A stretch of 64,000 nucleotides of DNA from NCBI GenBank assembly GCA_965153455.1, contig OZ234493.1:16668213-16732212 (forward strand). The letters run 5' to 3'. The number at the start of each line of letters is the position of its first letter. Position 1 is the first letter of the stretch. Under the pieces are notes generated by a model. It was not told the origin of the DNA. It worked only from the letters and a program-made list of their open reading frames with translations, and did not search any database. This stretch comes from Sphagnum compactum (Eukaryota). The position numbers and the translations under genes are program-made. Shown here piece after piece: positions 1 to 12,742 of this stretch.

Positions 1-790
1 TTTGGTTCAAGAACATCAACTTTGTCAAGGTCCTCCAAGGCTCTTTGAAAGTCATGCAACATCTTTTTGACATTTCCACAAATCTTCAAAGTGGTTACAT
101 TGCTTGGCGCAAGAACATCACCCTTGTGAAGGTCCTCCAATGTTCTTTGATACTCATCCAACATCTTTTTAACCTTTGCACGAATTCGCAAAATGAATGC
201 ATTGTTTGGTTGAAGAATATCAACCTTGTCAATGTTCTCCGAAGCTCCTTGATAGTCATTTGACATCTCTTTTACATTTTCATGAGTCTTCGAAGTGATT
301 GCATTGTTTTGTTCAAGAACATCAACCTTGTCGAACTCCTCCAAAGCTCCTTGATAATCATTCAACATTCTTTTGACCTTTGCACGAGTTCACAAAGTGA
401 ATGCATCGTTTGGTTTAAGAACATGAACCTTGTCAAGGTCCTTGAAAACTTTTTCATAATTGTTTAACACATGTTTGACATAATAATAAAAATCCCTAAA
501 ATATGTGCAATGCTTGGTTTAATAACATCATGTTTGTCAAAGTGTTCAAAAGTGTTTTCATCTTCCTTGAAAACCTTTTTTTTCATATGCACAAGTTCTT
601 AAACTTAATGCACTTTTGGTTCATTGAACATAAACCTTGTCAAGGTTTTTCAAGGCTACTTGATAATCTTTCAACACCTTTTTTTCGCGTTTTTCACATG
701 TGTTATTTAAATGATTCCATTGTTTGATTCATGAACACTAGCCTTGTGAAGGTCATCCATCGTTTTTTCATAAGCATTTCATTTGTCAAG
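1..790 (-). pseudogene. Degenerate tandem TPR-repeat coding region (about 7-8 units of 102 bp = 34 aa)
   Basis: Motif TGGTTCAAGAACATCAACC recurs at about 3, 105, 207, 309, 411, 515, 617 and 725. One unit on the minus strand reads PNDAFTL*TRAKVKRMLNDYQGALEEFDKVDVLEQNNA, a TPR-like helix pair. In-frame stops and indels are present. Confidence 0.85.
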
Positions 791-3185
791 AACATGAAAT
801 AATGGAATATATATATATATATATATATATTGAACATGAAACAAAATAATTGTGATAGAGATTTTTTTGGGGGATATTCCACCAACCTATGCCACCTTAC
901 TTTCGTATAGATTTGAAATGTAATCATTACTTACACAATGATTAGGATACATAATTCTTATCATTGATGATTATTCCACTTAGTTTAAAGAATGTTATTT
1001 GGTAATAAACATTTCATTACATTATGCAATTTGTTCAATTCAATAAATGTAGATAAAAGATGTGCGTCCACATCAATATATATTTTTCCACTTTTTGATG
1101 GAGCTAAGGTGGCAAGCATTCTTAGGCAAAATTTGATTTAACTAATAACATTGTTTCAAGGAACTTTTAATTGTTGCAAAACTATTTTGAATAGCTAGCT
1201 AATGCGAGTTCAATTTTGTTCAAATTAAACTTTTTAATATAATCCCGTTTGAAACCTAAAAATATCGTATTCATGTTTTAGTTATCCACTCATTCCATTC
1301 ATCACAACCTTCATACCTTTCACATCCTTGATTAAGAACACAAACTTAGTTTTGACGTTGCAAGACATATTGAGTTCAAGATGATAAAAGTTTGTGTGTG
1401 AAACACATACCTACAAGTTTTGAGAAGTTGCAAAAGATGTGATGTTCAAATGACCTTGATAGTTTTTGTTGTCTTTTAGCATTGGTTGCTAGCCCAATGA
1501 AATGCATGTGAACGCTGTAGCAATCAAGAAAAACACCAAGTTAACCCACCTTAATAGAAAATCATGGTAGATGAGCATTTGTGCAAATTTGAATCATTAT
1601 AGAATCGTTACTTGAGGTCAAATATTCATAACATTACTAATGCGTTCAAGGACATGGAACCAAAGTTTTGGTGTTTGAGACCTACCAAGTTTGACATAAA
1701 AGACGTGATTATATGTGAAAAGCATTTGCACGCGGTGATTGAATGATGAACACTTCTCTTGTTGTTGCGTTGAGCCACAAAGCCGTATAAACATATGTGA
1801 AGAGATTGATGGCAATAGTGCAAGAAGGGAACCAACCTCGATAAAAGTTTGTAGCAAACTCGCGATTGCAAATTTGAGCCAAGGGAGAATTAGTACATTG
1901 GATTCCTTGCATTTATGCCGGACTCATGAACATCTTGGAAGGTGTTTCTGATTAGAGGTTGAGAGAAAGGATCCAAGTGGTCCTTCTAGGATGGTGCAAA
2001 CCGTGTGCCACAATTTAGGCTGGTTAAAGGTTTCTGTGCTACCCGCTCAGAACTTTACTCCGGAATATATTATTGCAGCTGGATGCTTTTCTGTCTTTTC
2101 TCTTGTCGTCTTGTGCTTTCACATTGCTCAAGATTGGAAGTCTTTAATAAAGCAATGCAGTCTGTGCGTGAGTACTAGACCTGCAACTTCCTGTGATCAC
2201 TGATTTTTCTGGCTATAAGATAATGGATGCAAGTGGTCATTGATGGATTGCACCGTCCATGTGTCAGCAAAGAAAAGTAAGGCCGGTTAGCAATCCTGAG
2301 TCGGAACTTTCCTCTTGTATAGAGTATATCAACTTGTTGCTTTGTGTAGCTTTTTCTTCCCCTCATTACCTGCCGGGAAACATTGTTCATAATTTCATTT
2401 ACCATAAAGTCATGGCACGTGCCCCATGTTGGTGCTTGGCCCCAAACTTGAGCATGTGTAGGTTTTAGACTTGAAAATTTTCCTGTGACCGGTGGTTTTC
2501 AGGCATTACAGAATCGATGGATTTGGTCATTGTTTGATAATGCACAACCTGAGTCAGCAGATATAGTTGGGGTTGTTAGAGCTGGAACTAGTGAAATTGT
2601 TGTGGCTGAAATTCGCCATTTTGCTATAAATGAAAGTCCCAAGCAACATGGTCCAGGGAACTTTTTGAAAAAATCCTAAAAAAATTGTCACATTTTCAGG
2701 AATAAGAGAGTTATGAAATAGCCAAAACAAAAAAAATTGAAGGATTTGGGCAGATTTTTAACTTTCTTCTTTTGAAATCCCCATATTTAGTTAATAGGTT
2801 CTATTGCTTTGCCAACATGTAATAAGATTGTCATAATTTTTACTTCTTTATTTGTCTTGTAATCAGACCTGACTAAATCCTCCTGTGGCTGATTGCCTGT
2901 TTTGATGCGACATGAGAAAACTGAAAAAAAGGAACAGCGGCTGGACCCTCTGAATTGATCGTTTGTGAGCAAAGAAGACTTATCGGCCCTTTTGAAGTGC
3001 TCCCCAAGTAAAGTGGCCCACTTGAGAACTTGCCTTTGGCATGCATACAATATACTAAGGCAACAGAAATGGTTTGCTGACATGTGAGCTGTTGAATCTT
3101 CATCACATGCTCACTGGTCATGCCTGTAATGGAGTTGGGCATACGTTAGAGAAATCGGTAAATTCAGGGGGAGTTTCACAGGGTG

Positions 3186-5490
3186 TGTCATACCCTATTC
3201 ATTTTTTCGCCTTGAGTTCCAGCGCTCCATAAAGTCCCTGACTGTGGTCGGTTTTGGAAAAAGACGGGCTGGGAAGGGGTTGCCCACGTGGGTGCGCATT
3301 TAACTGGCTTAAAATGGGGTGGACAGTCCAAGACTGGCTTGAACAGGTGGACAGTCTAAGAAGTTGAAAATATCAACTTTTGGATTGGGGAGGGGAGGCG
3401 AGGGTGTCGGGGGAGGCATTTTTGGGATTTGGACGGTGGGTGAGGGGATTTGGGTGCGATTTTTTCTTTCCTGAAGGATGGGTGGGTTAGGGGTTTAGGA
3501 GGGTCATGATTTTATTTTATTTTAAGTTTTTTTCTTGGAGGGGGGTGAGGGGGTGGGGTTCTAGGGGTCTTAATAGGTGGAGGTGGGAAAGGGTTTTTTT
3601 TTTCCCAGAGTGGGTGGGTTGGAGCCTTTAAATATTTATTTTTCGTTGTTGGAGGTGTAGGGGATACTTGGATTTATCCCAAATTTTGTATTTTTTTAGT
3701 AATTGGTTGTGAGTTCATGTTCTAGGGTTTAGAGTTAAGGGGGTTGGGGGAGGTTTTCATTTGATGCCCCTGTGCTAAGTGCATTGGAGATCATTGGAAA
3801 TTTGAGAAGAAAGAAAGTAGGATCATTTCTAAAAGTAGCACTATTTCATTCAGAAACAGAGGTCAAGAGTGTGGTATTCAGATTGGTTGATATCTAGCAT
3901 CAACCTGCACCAAAAGAACTTTCTTTTTGAGCATCAATGTTCCTCACAATCATGTTGCAACTTAATGTGGTTGCTCTCAATATTTGACATCAGCTGTTGA
4001 TTTTCTGGTGTTGATTTAAGGCTTTCATCTTGTTAAGCTCCTGAGTCTCAAATTTGAAATGCACCTCATCAAAGTCTTCCTTCACAAAGGTCCCTTTTGC
4101 AGTGTCTTGCTCACAGACCATTGCTATTAACTTGCTTTAGATCTCACTGAGCTCATAATTCTTTATATCTGAAGATTTTTGCATAACTAACATGTCTTCT
4201 GGCAACACCATGATTTTTATATTAATTATGCTGCTCATGATATTGAATTGTTTAGTCAATTGTACAACTTCAATGTTTGCATTTGTGATAGCCTTTTTCT
4301 TCATGTCCACTATCAAGATTTCTATTAGATGTGAAATATGGGTGTCCTAGGTTTTTATATTGCAATGAAGAGCTATGACCTTAAACAACTAAGCTTCATT
4401 TTGCTGTTGGAGTACACTGGAGTTACATTGGGATATTTTTGCGTTGCTTAGTTTTTGATATCAAAGTCGTATTTCCATGACTGTGGGAGTCCTTCATGGT
4501 CACCACTGGTGCCACTCAAACTTTAACGTCCATGGATGTGGCACCTCCCAACTGGGGCTTGGGTGAAGCATACCAAGGATCCCAAGTACTGTGGAAATCC
4601 TACCAAATAATTATTTCCCACACTGTTTGACACTTTCTTTATGGCACAATACATAGAGATTAAATCATTCAGGCTGCAAGACTTTTCAGATTACCAGCTT
4701 ACAAAAAGCATATTGCTTTAGACGGTGGGTGGAAAATTTCGACCCATCTATTTAGCAGATTGGGACAACCCATGTCTGTGTGTAAAGATTTGGAGGAGAA
4801 GATTTCTGAAGGGATCTATCATGAGAAGAAGCTCTTGCAGTTTGACATAAAAGCAGCCAGAGGATGCTAGAATTTGGGATTCAACATATGCTGGAAAACC
4901 AAGGATAGGATTTTTCAAAATGTAGAATCATTTGAAAAATGACATAAATGGTATGCTGCAATCTCCCTTTATCTTCTCCCCTGAACAACTGCCTTTTCCT
5001 GCTTTGAGTTCCCAACTATGAAAAAAAAACCTTATTTTCCTTGCAAGGTGTTGGAGGCAAATATGGTAGACAGGGAAGATGCATTCAAGTCCCTTCCCCT
5101 CTTGCTCAAAAGAAAAGCCTTATTTTCTCTGCTAGATGACAGCTGCTAAAATGTACACAGGGGAATTGCATTTTATAAGCATGGCCTTCTTCAAGAGCTT
5201 TCCCCTCTTCAGACATCGCACTTCAAAAAAATCTTTATTTTCCCTGAAAGGTGATCGGAACAAAAATGTACAAAAGGAAATTTCATTTTGTTCCCAGGGT
5301 CTTCACCAATTTTCCCCCGCTTCAGCTTCAATACTGCGTAAAAACCCTCCCTTTCCCCTAAATGGAAAAAGAATAGGGAGTTTGCATTTCCCATTCAACT
5401 GCAAAGGGGATTCCTTGAGATTCTCAGATTTTCAAACAGAGGATCCCCCACAAATTTTTTGTGTTGGGTGACCCAGCACCCACACTGGTA
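3186..5490. mobile_element. Possible decayed LTR-retroelement fragment with a degenerate minus-strand helical ORF (about 3800-4600)
   Basis: Begins TGTCATACCC, an LTR-like terminus. The minus-strand frame with scattered stops reads ...HLIEILIVDMKKKAITNANIEVVQLTKQF...VKEDFDEVHFKFETQELNKMKAL. No canonical gag or pol motif seen. Confidence 0.3.
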
Positions 5491-5849
5491 GCATGGTAAG
5501 AACCCAAATTTTCATTTAAGTTGCTTCCGAATATTACAGGTGCCCATGCTTAGGTTAAAATAAGGTCTGTGAGATCAAATCTAAGATTTTTTGGGCTTAA
5601 TACGGTCACTAATTGGCCTCGCTAAAAAAGGTGCAGGTATCAGTGGTAGGAGTTGGTTCACCCTGGCCGTGAGGTGTGTAAGATGAAGGTCGAGCTTGAG
5701 TCGCAATCATTGACCCTGACTTGACCCGCCCAAGACTAGTGAACATCTGACCCCAGCAGATTCAACGTTTGGCTTTCAAAGCAATTAAACATTCTAGGAA
5801 ATTTCCATGTAGAGGAACTTTGAACTAGGTGCCAGCAAAATGCAAACAT

Positions 5850-6516
5850 TTGAAGTGTAGATGTCTAAAATTCCCGCGCATTGGCGATTTGGACATCTGC
5901 AGCCCAAGTTATGGGCAAAAGAAGGGCCGGGAGTCAAACTGACAGTTTGACTCGATCACTAAAAGTCGAGAATCGACCCTTTCCCGATGTCGCCTGAAGG
6001 AGTGCGACATGGCGTTGCAAAGCCCTCGAAGAGGGCTACAACATTGGTTCAGACCTTGATTCGATCGGAGGTCGAAGCCGAGAGATATGAGCTCCCAAAG
6101 TTCCAGGACTCCAACCCGGGACAATTTCGGGACTGCAACTTGGGAGTCCCAGGAAAAAGTGCCATTCGGATGTAGCCTTGGCGGAGAGCTGCAGAGTATA
6201 CTATATGGGGGAAGGTGGTGGCTTCCCCCGAGTCCGGGTCGTGGTGAGTCTTGTGTGTCCAAGTGCCCGTGGCTTGTCCCAACACCAAAGGGTGTCCCGA
6301 ATGCTAAACTAACCTCGTGTGGTTGGTTTTTGGATGCAGATTCACACAAGCTAAGCTAGTCCCTCTTCCTAGTCTAATCCCTGGGCTCCCAATTCGACCC
6401 TCTATCCCTTTTTAGAGTTGGAAGTCGGGAGCGTGCCTCTAAGTCTCAACTTTCCGCAACTTGACTTTGTGAAACCTTCAAGTGGGTTTCACCCCGTGAC
6501 TTAGGAGCGCGTCACA
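5850..6516. mobile_element. GC-rich interspersed repeat, LTR-like (a high-copy family as I recall from Sphagnum DNA)
   Basis: Sharp GC increase; motifs TTTGGACATCTGCAGCCCAAGTTATGGGCAAAAGAAGGGCCGGGAGTCAAAC and GGGGAAGGTGGTGGCTTCCCCCGAGTCCGGG; ends ...GGAGCGCGTCACA. Recognised from memory, not by search. Confidence 0.6.
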
Positions 6517-6939
6517 TCATGTTTTCTTTTCACCTTTAATGTAACATTGGAAATTTTGATCGTATTATATATGCAATGATGGGACTCTTAGTAATTGCTC
6601 TTCTAGTAGTGGTTATTAAAAAAAATTGTTATATTTGATATCAATATACTCATTTGGACAAATTATTCCAACTCAGAATACTAATCTAGGGCATGATTAA
6701 AGTTATCATACATTTGAAACAAGTTGAAAATTTCAATCTTGAGCCCTTTATTTTAAATATGTCAAGTGGGAATATTTAACCTCTTTAAAAACTTATTATA
6801 ATATATGGTGTATGATGAATAATCTTAATATCGTAATGAAAAATCAAGAATGCATTGGGGGAAATTTCAATTTAGTTTCCAAGAAAGGTTATAATAAAAT
6901 AATTCATTAATAATTTACAGATCATGGAAAGTATTGAAA

Positions 6940-7170
6940 ATCTCATTAAAATGGATTGTAAAATGGATTTGTCTCAATTGAACTTAAATGTACAACTAAT
7001 CGGATGGATTAAGCTATAAAAAGATATTGAAACAAACTTTTGGTTGCATGGTTCTCTTTGGATATTCCTTTGTTTTGTAGGTTGATGAACAATAATAACT
7101 TCAATGGTGATTTTCTTAATGTACCATCAACACTTCAAATTTTGGACATATCTAAAAATCACATGTTGCA
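6940..7170 (+). pseudogene. Possible leucine-rich-repeat gene fragment
   Basis: After TTTTGTAG (~7080) the frame reads LMNNNNFNGDFLNVPSTLQILDISKNHML; upstream MDLSQLNL. This fits the plant LRR LxxLDLSxN pattern but is heavily decayed. Confidence 0.35.
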
Positions 7171-7589
7171 CGCTTTAACTTGAATATAACCTACTAGGAT
7201 GGGATATTTGTTATTTCCCACAATAATAAGTTTGCAAAAATGCATAAAAGTCTATCTTTTTAATATACATAATGTGCTTTCAATCAAGCCAGAATCTTGT
7301 TATGTCCAAATGTGTATTAAAACCACTTGGTTATCAGGGTCATTATAATCCCTTAGGAATTTAATCATGTTAATTTCAATTTGCACTTCATCAAATTTAT
7401 CTGAACCACTATGTTTTGGTGCAAGCACATAAAAATTAATACAAAATATGAATATTATTATTCTTGCTTGAGTAATTTATTATTCACAATGAATAATTAC
7501 TGTAAACAAAATATCAACCAGTAGGTTCAAATTAATTTTAGTGGGATTGGGGGTGTTTAACCTTCAACTATGTACATAAACAATGTGAA

Positions 7590-8606
7590 ACATCTTTTAG
7601 TAATTGGATCGGACACAACATGTGTGGGGATTACCATCTAGTGAATAAATGGACCCATTTGGACAAATATGTCATGCCTATACTAGAGGAGATTTTTGAT
7701 GGCCTTGGTCAAGCCAAGGTTTTCAATACCTTGGATTGAGGTCTGGCTACCATCAATTGCCACTGAAGGAGGGTGATAAGGTCAAAACAACATTTTGGGG
7801 AATCAATCATCATAGGAAGGATTGTTTGTATAAATGGAAGTTTTTGCCATTCTGTTTGAAGAACATCTTTACAAAGTTTAAAAGGGTTGTGGATCAAAAA
7901 TGTTAGCAGGTTTTGGTTTTTCTAAGTCCTACGTCCATAACATTATTGTTTTTAGCCTAACCCTAGGACGTCGCATGCATCATTTGTAAGAGGTGTTTGG
8001 AAGACTTAAACAACATAACCTTAGGCTTCATTTACACAATTGCTGATTCTTTCATACTCAAGTGGAATATCTAGGTCATATGATTTATCAAAGTGGATTA
8101 AAGGTTCAAAAGGCCAAGGTTAAGGTTATTTCACAAGTTCCCCAACCTACAAATGTGAATTGGTTATGAACTTTTATAGGCTTTTGTAACTACTACCGAA
8201 AGTTTGTGAAAGGTTTTACTAGCATAGCCAAACCTATGATGTAATTAACACAAATTGATTGGGAATTCATTTGGGGTGGTGAAGCACAAAAGTAAAATTT
8301 CAAGAATTGAAAGCCATCCAAGGATGACCATTTCAATTACACATTAATTGAAATAGTTTAAGGTTGGGGGTTATACTTACCTAATTTGATGATGATGGTT
8401 GAAATGTGGTGGCATATGTCAATTGGTTCAATGATAAGACCAAGGCCAAATACAACTCATGTGAAGGGGAGTGCTTTGTAATTGTTTGGGATGTGTGTTC
8501 ATTTAGATGTTATCTTTATGGTAGCCCAATCATTTTGATTACTAATCACCAATTATTCAAATTTTTGATGGAGTTAGATCAACTCATACGAAAGTTAACC
8601 AGGTGA
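7590..8606 (+). mobile_element. Ty3/Gypsy pol remnant (reverse transcriptase + RNase H), pseudogenised
   Basis: DKYVMPILEEIFDGLGQAKVFNTLD-RSGYHQLPLKEGDKVKTTFWG; YVHNIIVFS (decayed YxDD); YLGHMI...FIGFCNYYRKFVKGF; RNaseH YNSCEGECF...FRCYLYGSPIILITNHQ. Many stops and frameshifts. Confidence 0.9.
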
Positions 8607-9959
8607 TATTAGAAGAAATTTGAAAATCAACGATTGAATTTGTGATTCATTTGTAATCATAATGGACACATGCAACTATAAATAATCTAGTTGCTTCATA
8701 TAAGAGCCATAAGATAATTAGTCACAAAAGACATGGTCATGAAGTTAAAAGTGTAGTCACAAACCTTATGACTAGGCCATATTTTTCATCTTTTGTCATG
8801 GATGATCTTTAATATGACATGAAACCCCATTTTGTAATTGCATTTGTGACTACATTTGGAATAGTCACATGCTACCAAATGTCCCATTGATGGGTGGTTT
8901 GGATTTAACCATGTGGTAGTTTAAAGAGCTAATGGCCATAAAACATGTGGCAATTTTCCATTTGTTCAAGAAAGATATAATATAATTATAATAATTATAT
9001 ATTATAAGTATAATAACTAAATATCTTATTTAAATAAATAAAAATGTAATTATAATAATTACATATGTAGTACCTATCCTATTTATTACCTATTACCTAG
9101 CATAATTAATTAATATAAAAACATGATCACATATCCACACAATAAAATAATTAATTTACCTACTACCTATCCTACTTACTACCTTTACCAAATCTACTAA
9201 TTAATTAATGACCTAGTTTACATAGCCTAACTAGGTTTAACCTTCATACCCTAACCTACTAGCTATGCCTAGTAAACTAGCCTATTACTACCTATAGATA
9301 ATTTAGGCTAATTAATTAAATATGTAAGTTAGGCTACCAATGTACATAATCTTACCTAATTTAATTTAACCTATTAAGCTTACCTAATGTAATTTACCTA
9401 CTAAGTTACAATAACCTTTTTTAGCAACCTATTAGTTAATAAATTAATTTGTACACTTGGAATTGAAATATAAAAAATTTCACATGTCATTTAATCATTT
9501 AATTACACAATGCCAAAATGTGGTTTTTATGGTTAGGACATCTTGTGACTAATGCTTAAACATAGTGATCTAATTTTAAGTGGCCTTTAGTCATTATCAT
9601 CTTAATAACTATGGTCAAAATTATAACTACATCATTATATATATGATGATAATTGAAATTAAAAGTAATTATGACTAAAAATTGGTGTATTCATATTGAA
9701 CAATATTTTTGAAATAGTATAACCAAATTCACTTTAGTTTGAAATGGACCAACAAATGTTTAAATAATCTAGTTTAATTTACCATAACTTAAATTGACCT
9801 ATTTTAATACAATTTAACTTATTTTACTTCAATTTAAATTAATTAACATAATTTAATCTAATTTAGCCTAATGTAGCCTAATGTAACAATTTAATATAAT
9901 TTATCTTCATTAATTATCCTCATTTTAACCTAAAAATATATAAATAATTTTGTTTACAT

Positions 9960-11650
9960 TACTTTAGCCAATTTTAGCTAATTTTAAAAAAACCAAATTA
10001 ACCAAATTGATTTAAAATAACCCAAATTTAACCAAGTTTAGCCTAAGTAGATTATATAAATAATATGTGTAAATAATCTAGTTTACCCTAGTTTAGCCAA
10101 TTTTAGCTAGTTTTTAAAAAAACCAAATTAACCAAATTGAAGAAAAATAACCAAAAATAATCCAAATTTAACCATGTTTAACCAAATTTAACCAAGTTTA
10201 ACATCGATACCCTGGTTTAGCCTAACTTATCCAAAATTTTCCAAGTTTAACTAAGTTTAATTTTAAAATAATCATGTTTAGCCAAATATAATTTCAATAT
10301 CATAATTTAGCCTATTTTTTAAAGTTTTGTCGAATTTAGCCAATTTAAAACTAAGGAACCATGTTTAGCCAAATTGAACCAAGTTTTGCTTAAGTAACCA
10401 TGTTTAGCCACAATACCCTATTTTACCCTAATTTATCCAAGTTTTGCCAAGTTCAATTAAATTTAACTTAAGTAACCATGTTTAACCAAATTTTGCCTCG
10501 GTATTGTAATTTAGCTTAATTTATCCAAATTTTGCCAAGTTCAACTTAAATAGCCATGTTTAGCCAAAATTTGTTTCAATACCTTTGTGTGGTCGAATGT
10601 ATATAAGTTTTGCCAAATGTAACTAGGTTCAACCTAAGTAACCAAATTTTGTTAAATTTTGCCAAGTTTAAGCAAAATGAACCTAAATAGCCATGTTTAG
10701 CTAATTTGGGCCAAGTTTTGCCTCTATATCGTAGTTTCACCTAATTTATTTAGGTTTTGCCAAGTTTATTTTCAATATATTAATTTAATCGAGTTTATTT
10801 AAGTTTTGCCAAATGGAACCATGTTTAACTGAAGTAGCTAAATTTTGCCAAATTTTGTTAAATCTAGCCAAGTTTCACTTAAATAACCATGTTTAGCCAA
10901 TTTTGCTAAGTTTTGCCAAGTTTCACCAAAATAATTATGTTTAACCATTTTTGTTAAGTTTTGCCAAATTTAATCTAAATAATCATGTTTAACCAAAATT
11001 TGCCAAGTTTAGCCAAATTTATCCAAAATAACTATGTTTAACCAAGTTTTGCCCAGTCTAACCAAGTTTAACTAAAATAACCATGTTTATTAAAATTTTG
11101 CTAAGTTTTGCCAAGTCTAACCATGTTCAACTAAAATAACCATGTTTAACCAAATTTTGCTAAATTTTTCCCAATCTAACCAAGTTTAACCAAAATAGCC
11201 ATCTTTAGCCAAGTTTTGAGAAATTTTGTCAATTCTAATCAAGTTTAACCAAAATAGGGCTCCATGTTTAGCCAAGTTTTGTTAAGGTTTGTCAAGTTTA
11301 ACCAAGTTTTGTTAAGTTTTGCCAAGTCTAACCAAAATAACCATGTTTAACCAAGTTTTGTTAAGTTTTGCTCAATTTTACCAGGTTCAATCTAAATAGA
11401 CATGTTTAGCCAAATTTTGTCAAATTTTGCCAAATTTATCTTAAATAATTATGTTTAATCAAGTTTTACCAAGTTTTTTCCAAGTTTTGCCTCAATACCT
11501 TGGTTTAGCTTAATTTATCTAAGTTTTGCCAAGTTTATCCTTAACACCTTAATTTAGCCAAATTTATCTAAATTTTGCTAAATATGATTCGATTTTGCCA
11601 ATTTTTATTTTAGTGTTCTAATTTAATCAAAATTTTCCAAGTCTAATTAA
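9960..11650. repeat. 10-bp-period minisatellite array (consensus about TTT[AT][AG]CCAAG, with higher-order unit AAATAACCATGTTTAACCAAGTTTTGCCAAG)
   Basis: Directly visible run of gtttagccaa/gttttgccaa/gtttaaccaa decamers over about 1.7 kb. Confidence 0.9.
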
Positions 11651-12202
11651 ATTTATCGTCTAGTTTGATCTAATTAATACCTTGGTACCTTGGCTAATTC
11701 AACATTAATTATTTTATTTTTTAAATTTTCAAAATTTCAAAAAATATGTCTTTTAAATCAAAAACATATTGTGAAGGAAAATAATGAATATTTAAGAATA
11801 TTTCATTTGTTGAAATGAATTTTTCAAAAATAATTAATTATTTGAGGAACATGTGTTGAAATGACCAAGGTATTACGGTATTAATTTTGTTAGATTTTGC
11901 CAAGTTTGGTTAAGTTTAGCTTAAATAATTATGTTTAGTTTAATTTATGCTAGTTTAATCAAAGTTTAGTTTACTTTAACCCAATCTAAATTTATATTAG
12001 TTTATTACTTAGTAGGCCTACATTTAGGTTAGGAATGTCTAAGTTAATTTAAGTTAACTTATGTTAGTCAAGGTTAAGCTATTAAGTAGACTAAATTAGT
12101 TTAAATCAAACTAGGTTAACTTAAGATGAATTAGGTTAACTTGAGTTTAAAATATTATCGTTTATAAATTAATGATAAGTAATAGGTATATTTAATAAAT
12201 AT

Positions 12203-12270
12203 TGTGATGCCATGGTTAAGGATTTGTTCCCAAAAGTGAAGGTGGGGGAATTCAAATCTTCCCACTTGCA
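12203..12270 (+). other. tRNA-like relic (A/B-box pair), not a functional tRNA
   Basis: TGATGCCATGGTTAAGG (A-box-like) followed by GTGGGGGAATTCAAATCTTCCCAC (T-arm stem with TTCAAAT loop). No good acceptor or anticodon stem. Confidence 0.5.
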
Positions 12271-12742
12271 AGCCTAAACACTTAAATGCTTAAATACTTT
12301 GGTGGTTTACGTAACTTAATAAACTTTTTTAATGCCTAGGTTAAGTTGTTTAAAGTAGGCTTTCTAGGCTAGGTGGCCTAGATTAGGCTTTCTAGGCTTG
12401 GTCCTTTAGGTTAAGAAGCTAGCATGTTGCAATATTTGATTAGAAAAAATATATATACATTTTTTGTTTAAAAAAAAATAGTGGCACATGGCATTTTGTG
12501 AGGTTATCATGTGTCTTGTTGGATCCAGGATTATATTTTTGTAACTATAGTCATGGCAAATCATAGTCGTTAATGTGGTTGCGATAAATGCGACTAATCA
12601 TATTTACAACGTGGTCTTATGTAGTCATCTCCATTCATATATATTTTTTATCAAAACATCTTGTAACATTTTTGAAAAATCTTAGCTAGTACTTGCAATC
12701 TAACGAAGGTTTGCCTTGTAGGTTATTGTAGTTTTTTTAGGT

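Larger units (their letters stand above)
8607..12640. mobile_element. CACTA-like non-coding element (left end visible, right end not found)
   Basis: TATTAGAAGAAA at 8607 is a C>T-decayed CACTAGAAGAAA and interrupts the Gypsy RNaseH. TAGTCACA/TGTGACTA-type subterminal motifs occur at 8720-8870, 9540-9680 and 12545-12630. Confidence 0.5.

Noticed and set aside
45-727. Plus-strand ORFs over the 102-bp repeat
   Set aside because: Antisense shadows of the minus-strand TPR frame.
1-790. CRISPR-like regular repeat spacing
   Set aside because: Whole units are homologous with no unique spacers, the period is 34 codons, and the context is eukaryotic with no cas genes.
2175-3142. Possible minus-strand exons
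   Set aside because: Some splice-like sites, but no consistent frame or recognisable domain could be built.
5909-6359. Overlapping 62-146 aa ORFs
   Set aside because: They lie within a GC-rich interspersed repeat and show no protein motifs.
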